A stretch of DNA of 63,028 nt, the filler included, from Atractiella rhizophila (Eukaryota), in NCBI GenBank assembly GCA_021432655.1. It is 24 parts of 24 records of this genome, joined end to end, with 100 filler letters (N's around TTAATTAATTAA, not from the genome) between each part and the next. Parts side by side here need not be neighbours in the genome. Positions count along the whole stretch, not along the records: positions 50,188 to 52,680 come from MU272674.1; positions 52,781 to 55,272 come from MU272675.1; positions 55,373 to 57,862 come from MU272676.1; positions 57,963 to 60,446 come from MU272677.1; positions 60,547 to 63,028 come from MU272678.1; 19 more parts are not named here. One strand, written 5' to 3'. Position 1 is the first letter of the stretch; every line of letters starts with the position of its first letter. Positions 51,292-62,329 of the stretch are shown in pieces. A model generated the notes under the pieces. That model was not told where the DNA came from. It made no database searches and saw only the letters and a list, made by a program, of their open reading frames with translations. The position numbers and the translations under genes are program-made.

Positions 51292-52325
51292 TCAAGTTGG
51301 CATACTTGTTTGCGGAGCGGAGGAAGGAGTGTCGCTGAAGCACTGTTCTGAAGCAATAAATTGCACAGATAGATCGTTGAATACATCCTGCCCAACTGCC
51401 TGTGGGGCATGTGGAAGAGGGAGTGAAGTGAAAGCAGGAGCTATCCAACTCGTTCAGAAAAGACCTGGGCACACAACGAAAGAGCGAAGGGGCAGAGGCG
51501 CACCGTGCTTGAATATATTCGGGATCACTGCCTTTACGTCGTTGGAAATCTCACTGCGTCGCAATGGTTTCATCAGCAACTTGTTTCTTGGTATGAAAGA
51601 GAGGAAAGCGACTTGATATAATAGTGCGACATGTCGTTGCCCAGAAAGACGACGTTGGATGCGGACTGTGGCATGTTTGTCTCTAGGATCTTTTCAAAGA
51701 GCCAGCGCGGAGCATGAGGCAAATAGGCTAGGGTAGGAACATCAAAGTTCAGCGATGGCTGGTCTACTGTCAGATGTAGGTCCTCTCAGTGATGTGATAA
51801 AGAGAATAATCACCTGCTCAGCTCGAACTGTGAAGCCAAAGCTCGAGAGGAAGGCTTTTTCTTCATCCGAAAACACAGGATCGAAAAGCTCCACATCCGT
51901 GGATGGTATCTGTGACAATGGACGTTGGTAAAAGTTGCAAGATTGAGAGAAAATACACACCGCGAACTTATTTTGCAGATGAACAAGCAAACCAAGCTGC
52001 GTTCTCCCCTTCCGTCCCGTCAATCCCTCCAAAGTGCCCAATCCCAAACACAAGATCTTCCTCGGTCTACTATTAGCAGGGACTTGATTCAATATGTCTT
52101 CCTTTGTGTTCCATGAGTCTTATTCATCACCAACGTTGAAAGTGGACGCTTACCATCCACCCAGTTCAGCCATCCCTCCTCCGACAGCGCTTCACGCCGT
52201 TCTTCGTAAAGCTGTCCCAATGTCGCAGCTTCCTGAGCTTTTCCTTTGCGTTTTTTCGGTCTCCCTTTCTGGCCGCGCACGACCAAGGTAAAATCATCCT
52301 TTTTGAGACTCTCATCTGGCTCCAT
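51292..52325 (-). CDS. SRR1: SRR1/Ber1-like protein (multi-exon)
   Basis: KILCLGLG, QLGLL, FDPVFS..E, TLAYLPHAP..LFE..L..N, FLGND, VFNDLSVQ. Confidence 0.85.
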
Positions 52326-52780
52326 GCTTGCTTGATCTTGATTAGATCAACACAAGTCACGTTTTTGCTGCTAGTCCCAAGACAAACGTCTTATTCTTCC
52401 AATCCAATTCCAGTTCTGCGTCTAAGTCCGACGGACGAGTTGCGCGAAACGTATTCAGGTTAGGGACAAAGCCCTCGCTTGTATGTGATGGCTGCATTCG
52501 ATTCAGACATGGCAGTTACCTCGGTGTTGTGCGTGGTTTGTTCCTCCAACAGGGATGTCCGCATGCAGCGGAGTGCTATTCCGCGTTGTTTGCTGCACTT
52601 CATATAGCTTCATTGCTGCATTCATCACCAAAATTGAGTCAAGGAAAAGGAATTTGTTGTGCGGTGCCGGAAGCTTGGCCNNNNNNNNNNNNNNNNNNNN
52701 NNNNNNNNNNNNNNNNNNNNNNNNTTAATTAATTAANNNNNNNNNNNNNNNNNNNNNNNNNNNNNNNNNNNNNNNNNNNN

Positions 52781-53639
52781 CCATTCCCCGTGCCTAGGTC
52801 GAGGATGTTGGGAGGAGGAGAGCTCGTTGCGGGTACGTGTTTGAGCGACCACCGCACCATCGAGGCAGCAACGGCTTCTCCGAACCAGACTTCTCCCTCG
52901 TCACCTGTCTCTTCGAAGTTCGAAACTTCACGGCTGTTGTATCAAACATGTCAGTAATATGCTGGATGGTAAGCTGAGAGTTGTCTTGGAGCATCATCAT
53001 TTTCTCCAAGGCATCGGCATTAACCTCCTGTGTCATATGCCTATGAGTTGAGTTGACGACCTCGTCATAAAGTAGATGCTTGATTTCACTCATCTTTCAA
53101 AAAAGTACATTCTTCCGAATTTCAGAGACGATATGCAGTGGAGCACAAACTCTTCAGGAGAAATAATAAGGAGGTTCTATCTTGGCCAAAGTGAAGGCGA
53201 CTACATCGATGCCACTATCCCTGCGAATATAGTGCATTTCAAAAAGAAAGTGCACACTATCTTCATCCACGAATACAACACCTCCAATACTTCTTTCCAG
53301 GGGCACGGCGCATTCATGCTGAAGTTCTCAGGCATATTTGAGCTTTGATCCAATCTAGACTTCATTAGAAATGGAAAGCAAAGAAAGTAACCTCGCCCTC
53401 GCTCTGGAACAGTTAAAAGTATTATTTTAAATTCCATTCGCTCTAGGTCTCATCGCCTTAGGAAGGCAAAGCAGACGTATAAAACGGAGACAATCATATC
53501 GCGTTTTTCATTGTGCGTTAAGGATAAGTTTCGTTTCTTTGCTGCTTTACAGATTGTCAGAAGATTGGGCGCACCTGTAGACTTGATCCCAATGTTCTTT
53601 GGTTCCTAGTCTGGAGGAAGGTAGGGACTCATCCATCAT
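52781..53639 (-). CDS. EFM4: EF-1A lysine methyltransferase Efm4/See1, N-terminus (3' truncated; 641-nt intron)
   Basis: SSRLGTKEHWDQVY/SREVSNFEETGDEGEVWFGE...ILDLGTGNG. Intron 53574-52934 is GT-AG. Confidence 0.92.
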
Positions 53640-53791
53640 CCGTGTCTGTGACTTCTTAATGTCGATGTTGATGGAGAAATGCGTGTGATTGGGAAATGCG
53701 GTGATGAGGTCATCACAGATCAAGAAATCAACCAACAACAATCTGTCTTTAACGCGTTATCAGTGTCTCTGACCTCACTAGCAATATCAGA

Positions 53792-54223
53792 ATGACCTCC
53801 CAAGAGCAACAAGTTCCATCTATCCCCAACATCCATGTTCCCGGCTCGACCTCTCCACTGAAGGAATCTCAAACATCCGTTCGTGCTCTCCCTCCACACT
53901 CCATTGCCAACAATTCACTGACGAGTTTGAAAATGTACCAAAAGTCACCAACAATAACCATCCTCTACTTCTCCTCCGCCCGGACCTCTTTCTCTCCACC
54001 TCTCTCACAAGAAATCCTCGCGCTTCCCATCGTCCCCTTTGCGCTCAGCGACCTGGCGGGCATACTGGTTCAACGGCACGAGAGGAATAAGGAGCTTGGA
54101 GGAATTCTGGGGCGGAGCGTTTGGAGCGTGAATGAGGTCGTGGTGGAGAGGGAGAAGGAGTTTGAGACTCCGTTGATGGGTGGAGAAGTCGTGGCTTGCA
54201 TCCCTCCCGTTTCGGGGGGTTGA
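53792..54223 (+). CDS. MOCS2A: Molybdopterin synthase sulfur-carrier small subunit (MoaD/ThiS fold)
   Basis: ITILYFSSAR...SVN...GEVVACIPPVSGG* with C-terminal Gly-Gly. Confidence 0.9.
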   Translation: MTSQEQQVPSIPNIHVPGSTSPLKESQTSVRALPPHSIANNSLTSLKMYQKSPTITILYFSSARTSFSPPLSQEILALPIVPFALSDLAGILVQRHERNKELGGILGRSVWSVNEVVVEREKEFETPLMGGEVVACIPPVSGG

Positions 54224-55372
54224 GTGGATGAAGGAGGTGAGTGGAGGTTACTAAAATGTTGAGTATGAAATGCGGGAACTGTGTATATTGTATCACTAAG
54301 AAGTTGGATGAACTTCTGGCTCACTGACCTGTCTCTCGTCATCGCACAATAAATAAAATCATACTGTGTCACTTCAACCTTCAACCTTCACCATCCCACC
54401 CTCCTTGATCGTTTGTGGTCAAATAACAGTTTGATGACCAGCCATTTGTCTGTCGAAACATCAACAATTGCTGCATCCTGTAATAGATCGTGATGTGTTC
54501 ACCGTTCATATTAACAATTGCCTTTGTACTCCTCCCTGACTTGCCACTCAGGGATGAATCGCTCAAATATCATATTTACGATTTCGTGTCCAGTCCATCC
54601 AGGAATTGGGATACTTAAAGGCAGTCATCATACTGGTTGTATCCCTATTTGTTCTTGTCTGCCGCGATCAAACCATCGATAAATGTTCGTGTCGCTCCAA
54701 CTTTCAAGTCTTGTCGCGTACGGTACCCTCACTAAGTTTCTGTTAAGCAGGCATTGTATGTTCTCACAGGTCTATTCTCATCCTCTCCGTCGAAATGAAC
54801 CTGTGCACCAGAAAGAATTTACATGTATGCTAGATCGTTAGTTATCACCCTGGCGCGGGTTCCTGCATTTTTTTCTACGTCTATTTAGATGTACCACTCT
54901 TCTTAGTACATTTTCAATTTCTTTACAAGCGTTAGGATGACGATGCGATGGGACAATAAATGTCGACCAATCACTGCTGCCAAGGTTGAACATGACGCCC
55001 TCCTTTCTCAACCATGTTTAATGGAAAACACGATAGTGAGTAGCTCTCGCTCCCTCTTCTCCGCGTCTTGCTCATCAAACTTTACAAGGACGGAATTTCT
55101 CAAAAACACTCGATTACAATTACAATGTACACCAGCATGCTAGCGTGACATGATTGGAAGGAATGTTGACAAGTGGAGCTAAGTTGGCCTCTTCTCACTT
55201 TCGATCTTTCCCTCCTTACATGGACATTTTACCTGGATTTGAGATGGGGATATTCTCTTGTGCGCGAACGCANNNNNNNNNNNNNNNNNNNNNNNNNNNN
55301 NNNNNNNNNNNNNNNNTTAATTAATTAANNNNNNNNNNNNNNNNNNNNNNNNNNNNNNNNNNNNNNNNNNNN

Positions 55373-57271
55373 TGTTTGTTAGTCTGGCAAGCTCATGGTA
55401 ATCTCGATCAGTATCAATCTCTTGCGCGCATCATGACACTCAATGCTGGATCATTCGAGCCTCACGCGCTTCTCGAAGCAAACAAACTCCTCCCTGTCCA
55501 TGACTCCGGAGATCCTGACATCGTGAACGCTTTCCGCCGAGTGAAGAACACATTAGGGCAACTGTTCCAGCTCCCTGATATGCCTGATGCCGTTACTCGT
55601 GCAATCGGAACGTCACTTAAAAATGAATTTTTCCCACGAGGGCCTGCGACTCAAGGTCGAATAGCGACAGCAGCGGAACTTCGCCACTATCATGAGGTTG
55701 CCACTGCCCATCCATTTTTGGCGAGATTTTCAGACAACAAGGAGCCATATTTCAACTGGACGTACATGATGCCTGTCGCGAGAGAAATCTCTCGCCGCCG
55801 GTATGGATCGGACCAAGCGTCCGATTTCACACCGTACGCTTCTTGCCGTTGGCTGATTTCCGCTGATATAGCCGATTGTTCAACAATAGAAAGTGGTCAA
55901 TTCATCTCTATCCTTACACTGCTGAAATTCCAGCGACTCCCGAATCGCCAGCCGTCCCTATGAGACAATACAAGTATCAACCTCGAAGCGATTTTCAAAT
56001 TCAACGGCATGGGATCCCCCAAGTCCTCGTGGAAGTACAATCAAAACCATCGGGGGAAGATCGTTGGCGGATGTTGCTGCAAGCTGGCGCGGTCGTCAGG
56101 GTGGTGAATCATGCGACGAGAAGGGATGCCTCAAATCCCTATGTTCTCATCGCGTACTATATCACCAACGTATTGGAGGCCGAACAATACCTATTGTGCA
56201 TTGATTCAGACTCTGTGCGTAGATTCACGGCTCGTCTCCAGTCAATTCTGATGTTTTGCAGAACACCGTGAAGTACTCAGAATACCGTTTTGATCTTCGT
56301 GTGCGTGAAGAAGCGTTTCAGTTTCTGCTTGAGCTATACAACTGCTCAGATGTGATCGATTTGAACAACAGTGGGATCAATGAAAAGGCGAGCAAAATCA
56401 AAGACAGTCTGAACGCTTTCGGTCAGCTCCCGTCATTCATGGGCAATTCGAATAAGAAACGCAAAACTACTCATGAAAGCGATGGAAACGAAGGAAACGA
56501 TGGCGGACTTCTCGCGGTTCCACAGTTGCAATCGTACCTGTGTAAATTGGGATATCGGCTGGAGCTTCCAGGGTCTAAAAGCTCTTGGATTCCTTGGGAA
56601 GATGTGTGCATTCTAGGTTCTGGGATCGCCGTGCTGATGTCTAACCTCAGGCCTCAACTTCGTCCGTTGCGGCCGCTACCGCACCAGATGGTACTCGTGT
56701 GATGATCAAACGAGCATGCAGCCCTAGGGAAGCTCAGATACACCAGCTTCTGGCCAGCATATCTGACGTGAAAAATCACACGATGAACATTCGTGACATT
56801 TTGGGTTTCCAGGACTGCTCCCTGCTCGTTCTCCCTTGGGGGACACCTCTACCATCCTTGGGTCTGAATAATATCCTGGCGATATCTTTGGCGGAACAAC
56901 TTGTCGACGGCGTGGGATTCATGCACAGTCGTGGATTTGTTCACCTCGATCTCAAACCGAACAACCTCGTCGCCATCACCGACGTCCTTAAGATCATTGA
57001 TTTTGGGCTGTCTCGCCAAATCGGCGACGGGACCGTCTTGAAAGGATATCGAGGGACTCGATCGTGGGTCGCCCCTGAACTTGGAGCAGAAGATGTACCG
57101 GAAAAAGGATTCTATCCGATACCTGCTGATCTGTGGGCTGTTGGTGTGATTATTTCTCGTTTTTTTCGTCCGTTCCTTCCACCCCACCACAATCTTTTGC
57201 ACCTTGCAGCTCAGTTGACATCAGTGGACCCTGAATCAAGGCCGCGGCTGGACAACTTTCATCAGGGATGA
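55373..57271 (+). CDS. Protein kinase with upstream PD-(D/E)xK-like module (5' truncated, multi-exon)
   Basis: Kinase motifs VMIK, HLDLKPNNL, IIDFG, GTRSWVAPE, ADLWAVG, P.SRP. Upstream YQPRSDF....PQVLVEVQS...DRWRMLLQA. Confidence 0.85.
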
Positions 57272-57962
57272 AGGAAAAGAGCTTTGGAATCAGTCGATTC
57301 GGTACTTGGATGGAGGAATTTGGAGAGCGGAAGCAAAGGAATTGAGAGCGAAAGTCTTAAACGAAGACATCTCATGGCTTGTTAAGTCGTTGCCTTAGCA
57401 AAATCCGCAAGGGTCATTACAGGCTATTGCGGCCTATAGTACTCCATCGGTTAACAAGTACGTCCCCTATCATGATAGAGATATCTCTTACGGGTATAGT
57501 CGTGCTATCAGCTATGAGTATATGAGGTTCTATGGACAGGAAGGCCAGATTATGAGTATGGTTTACGGCTTCCAGTCCATTGAAATTGTTTAGTGAGCGA
57601 ACGTGTTTTAACTATCCAGAGTGCCGAACCCTGTCCATAATCAAGATTTGGCGTTCAACGGAGTGCGGGCACAACGATTCACTAGAGAATATCATAACAC
57701 AACCGGCCATATATTTTTTAGGTCTACTTTTGTTGAATGGAACTCCTATGAGACCACAAGAAACGTATATCAACGTCTTATTCCCTGAGAATAAAGTTCC
57801 ACCACGGCCATTTACTCCTAGCAGAATTTCAAGCATATTTCAGAGCCAGATGGGGTACCCTGNNNNNNNNNNNNNNNNNNNNNNNNNNNNNNNNNNNNNN
57901 NNNNNNTTAATTAATTAANNNNNNNNNNNNNNNNNNNNNNNNNNNNNNNNNNNNNNNNNNNN

Positions 57963-59607
57963 ATCCTCTCTCATCAGCTCGGAAACATCTATTCGATCAG
58001 GACTATCAGGCTCGGACGAGCGACGGCGCAGTTGGTCTTCGACAAAGAGACGGAGGGAGAAGGGCTCGTTAAATCGCACGTCTATACGTCCGTTTTTCAG
58101 CTGAAGAATTCGTGTATTTGTGACGAGTCCCCAGAGAGACTCTTTCTCCTTCGGGTTGCCGAGAAGCTCGTTGACGTAAGATTCAGTTTCAATGATTTTG
58201 TCGTACTGGACGCTGTTACCACAAATTGGCTTCGAGGTTTATGTCTGCTTCTATAAGGAGAAGAGACAACGACGGACCTGATTGGAGCAATCCAGACATC
58301 GCTTGCTCGACCTTTAACCAAGGCGTCAAGGACATATTTCAATATCCCCAACTTCGGAGGCAGGAGCTTCCCTGTCCGTGAACGCGTGCCTTCAATGAAA
58401 CATTCGATATTGTGACCTTGTTCAAGGAGGAGCTCGACGTATTCTGTCTCAGCACAAATCAGTCAACCACTCTGTTCAGCGTGAATAGTTGAGAGGTAAG
58501 GCGCGAACCCTGAACGATTGTGCTGTACAGCGTATCCTCCCCGAAAGAACGGCGTATGAACATGGCTCCACAATTTTTAAGGACCTTCCCGACGACAGGA
58601 AGGTTGAGGTTATCGCCAGCAACGATATGCGGGAGCGCTAGCGATAACCGAAAGAAGAGAAAGGATATCTACCCACTCAGTGTCAATATCCTTAGGTTGA
58701 GCAGGGCTCAAGGGCAGGTGGTAATCAGAGGAGAGGACGACAAACGGTTAGATAGTCAATATGGGATTTATGGCATGGGACGACGAGAAGGGATTGGCGT
58801 GCGTCTTGAGCCTTAATGGCGGCTTTTCGGAAAGCGAGGAACTCAGTTGGAGAGATGTGTATTCTGTCAAAACCCAGATTCGTCGGGTCAGAGAGTGTAC
58901 TTTCTTATACCACAAGGACAAAGGGAAGACAGACCCCTGGTCGTATAATCGTACCAAAATATTGTTCACGGTCGCTCCAAACGCACTATGCACCGAAATC
59001 AATCGCCGTTTCTTTGGTCAGAAAGCATACCGTAAACTAGGCACGCTATCCATAGTCGGTACCACTCCTCGCATCATCATCTCTGCTTCACGTTTCAGTT
59101 TTCTCCTTTCTTCCTTCCCACCTCCTCTCTGTTCAACCAACGTGTCTATGCGCCGGTTGACTGCTTCAGATTTTAGTAAAAAGCTGATTTGCTCCTCGGA
59201 ATAGGTCTCGTAAAATATTCTCTGTCCTACATACGAATTGAAGCCCCGCCAGGAAGTACCGGTTGCCCAATGACCTAATTGTCTCAGGAATTCTGCATCA
59301 CATGGGTATTTCAGTCACCAAGGTACAGTCACTATGTGGAGCGAAAGCAGAGCGAACCATAGGGATCCTCCCTCAAATGAGCCTGAACCTCGCTGACGAC
59401 ATTGGCGGACTCTCCCTCTCTGATGGCCAGGACCTTCTTCTTCTGTTCGGGTAAGATGCATGGTTGCAGCGTTGGAATATGTAAGGGTGTGCTTGTGGAA
59501 CCGACAGTGAAGGGAGCTGGGAGGGAGAAGCGGGAGTACGGGCGGTCGTGGAAGATTTGGAGGAGGTCGTCATCGGGTGCGGAAGCCGTAGGTAGAGGAG
59601 AGGACAT
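57963..59607 (-). CDS. Glycerol-3-phosphate/DHAP acyltransferase, PlsB family (3' truncated)
   Basis: PCHKSHIDY (HxxxxD), IVAGDNLN, GAMFIRR, FIEGTRSRTGKLLPPK.G, QYDKIIE. Confidence 0.93.
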
Positions 59608-59750
59608 GACGTGAACTTCTCTGTTTCTCTTTGGAGCGCCAGAAAGTGGTGTAGAGCTGCCTGCCTCTTTCAAGTTGTGTAATAAGCGTTAGCTCAAAGC
59701 AAGCCTGAAATTGCCGCGTTGGGGACCGTAAGCTTTCCGGTCCTTGAATT

Positions 59751-60144
59751 GGAGCAGGAACGGAAAGAGACGCACCTGGTAGCTTATTCCTCCTAAGCTG
59801 AACCCTTCCTTAGTTATAAATTCGTAGGGGCAAACCCGTTCGTTGCTCAGAGGCAGAAATTCACAGAGAGAGTCTGAAGAGGTGAGGCGGCGGCAACCCT
59901 GAGGCTCTGCGGAGTAACGGCGTCAATGGTTACACAGTTGTGAAAAACGGCCTGCTAGATAGGCTGTACTGTAATTCCTGGTGCTGGTTGCAGCAGAAGC
60001 TCTTGCTGTCACCTTCAAGCTCCTCAAGAGTCAAGTTAATTAGTTGAAGCTGGTTGACGCCAGTTAATGACGTGAAATAGTAAACCCCTAACCTTTCACC
60101 CAGGGACCAAAGCTTTTCACGGGCCTTTCGCTCGTTCCAGTTCC
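59751..60144 (+). ncRNA. Candidate ~400-nt highly structured non-coding RNA (unassigned)
   Basis: The 5' and 3' ends pair and enclose at least 8 compatible helices plus a possible pseudoknot; G-U pairs favour the + strand (see findings). Confidence 0.5.
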
Positions 60145-60345
60145 AGCAAAACCTCATCGGCCTGATCGTGATCGAACGTTATCGAAACAGTACCCGATTT
60201 AGCCTTTGCGCGTCTCCTGCTTTTCCTGTCCAAGCAACACTCTCAAGACGACCAACAGCTATCCCCCTCAAACAATTTTTCAGCCTCTCCATCTCACCTT
60301 CTTACCTTCTACCATCTCATCGCCTACGTCAGCGTCACCGACAAG

Positions 60346-60446
60346 ATGGCAGAAACCAAGTCCTCCTTAACCTCGACCGACATCCTGAGATCGCTCAGAA
60401 CTCCAAGGCAGCCGGAAGGAATAAAATATTCTGCCTATTTAGAGGA
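60346..60446 (+). CDS. Start of an unknown protein (3' truncated)
   Basis: ATG in CAAGATGG context after a pyrimidine-rich leader; MAETKSSLTSTDILRSLR.. Confidence 0.4.
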
Positions 60447-62329
60447 NNNNNNNNNNNNNNNNNNNNNNNNNNNNNNNNNNNNNNNNNNNNTTAATTAATT
60501 AANNNNNNNNNNNNNNNNNNNNNNNNNNNNNNNNNNNNNNNNNNNNCCATCCTTAGGTCAGTTCAAGTAGATGGCGGCCACGAAACCAGCAATATCTTAC
60601 CAAGCAATTTTTTATCTCAGTTGATGATTCACACCAATGTTTGTCAACTTGACGTGAAATTTTGCATTGTGCACTTCTCCGATTTTCTCACTTGTATCCC
60701 TTACTTCTACCAACGAGAAGGACGCTTGAGCATATATCTTAGCCTCTTCTACGGCGGATGGACGGAAGAAAATTTACACGAGTTAAAGAGGATAGCCAAG
60801 CTGCGGGATGTTGGCTTTGAACTAGCGTGTGGGAAATAATGAATCAGATGAAATATTTTGGTTGTATGAGATTCATCATAAACATGACGATGAGTACGTG
60901 ACGTTGGCTTGTGGATTTTGAATAGGACTCTACTCAATCTCTAGTATGTTAACTCAGCTGTGATGTAGTGATAAATTTGAGTACTACTATTTCTCTACAC
61001 TGAATACACAGCAAGTGAACAATCGGCGTGGGAACATCATGAACGGGAGACATTATCGACTATAAGGCATTTCTGGATACGACGACGGGAGCTGTAATAC
61101 TGACAAAAAAGTAACTTAAATGTCACATGCCACAAAATGGACGAATGGCACACGATGATAATGCATCGGAAAGTTATTCAAGCAGCGTTGCCAATATGAG
61201 CGGATAGAGAGTCCGGAAGACGACGTTGTGAAGTTGGAGAACTACAGCCCGACATGTGTTTGCCAAAGATGCCGTTGAAGGATGAGGCAGCTGATTGGAG
61301 GAGAACTCACTAGAGACATGGATGCAAGAGTTGTATAGAGTAAGTAGTTCATGAATATTTGAGCATTAGTGCAGACATTGTTCCCAGTATTTGGTCCCAA
61401 ATTTGCCAGATTCCAGATACCGCAAAGTCAATTAAGCGTTTGCAAGTAGCGCGGAATCCAACAAACAGGATTGTGCAGATATCCCGGCAACTGTCGATGA
61501 AGCCCAGGTCCATCAGGTGTAAGAGACAAAGCAACAACTGACACTAGAGGACACCAGTTATGCAGCAACTACCATCGGCAGGAGATGATTTACTCAACGT
61601 TGCAACACTTAGGAACGCATGGCAGCATGTCAAGAAATTCATCCACAGACACTGCAGCGTATTGCCCCTTCATATAGCCACAAACCAAGTAGTAGGCGAC
61701 CTTTTTCTCTGTCACCGGAATGCTTTGGCCACCATGATGGGAGCTGCTGACCAGTCATAGCGATGTATCAATCAAGCTGAGCCACTTAAAGCAGGAGCGC
61801 ACCTCTTGGCCAAATGTTGCCCGAACTTCCTGCCCCTGTCTCGTTGTCGTAAATGGACACAGAAATGACGTTTGTCACTCTATATTCAACATCTTGACTG
61901 CAGACCAGTTGAATAATGGAATGACACATGGATGCTGGGATTTCTGGAAGTTTGGAGAGACAATCTAATGTATCTAATGAACACAGCTCTTTTATGGGTT
62001 GGGAACAAAGGTGCTTGCTAAGCAATTCCTCTATGTTGTCACTTTCAGATCATATGGTCACGGTCCACAAAGAAAGAACCAAGGCACAGACAAACACCGG
62101 GTGCCTGGATCGGCTCCCTTCATCTCAGCCGTAGCACTTTATTAATGGATGAATTGTGAGCGATTTGATTGTCATTGAACGCTATCAGTGTTGTCGTGCT
62201 GATGACACTAAATTTGAAACCTATTGTGCCAATTTTCTTTGTTGTTGATTGATTGATGTCAACTGTGCGCAGGGAAGCACGGATAAGTGAGTTCTAAAAG
62301 CTTCTCGTCTCCTGGAACAACATCAAACA

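Noticed and set aside
47039..54223. Apparent nitrogen-oxide/molybdenum-cofactor cluster (P450nor with MOCS2A)
   Set aside because: The genes are on different contigs separated by linkers; adjacency reflects size sorting.
59855..59900. Hammerhead-like words GAAA and CTGAAGA
   Set aside because: Only 14 nt lie between them and no GAAA follows a stem II; the core cannot form.
60120..60200. AGCGAAAG on the minus strand resembling a TPP riboswitch 3' end
   Set aside because: No CUGAGA or UGAU..UAAU elements, and the adjacent genes are not thiamine-related.
61150..62050. Possible APH-type phosphotransferase remnant on the minus strand (YLVCGYMKGNTLQCLW)
   Set aside because: Many stops and no clear HGD/D motifs; too degraded to call.
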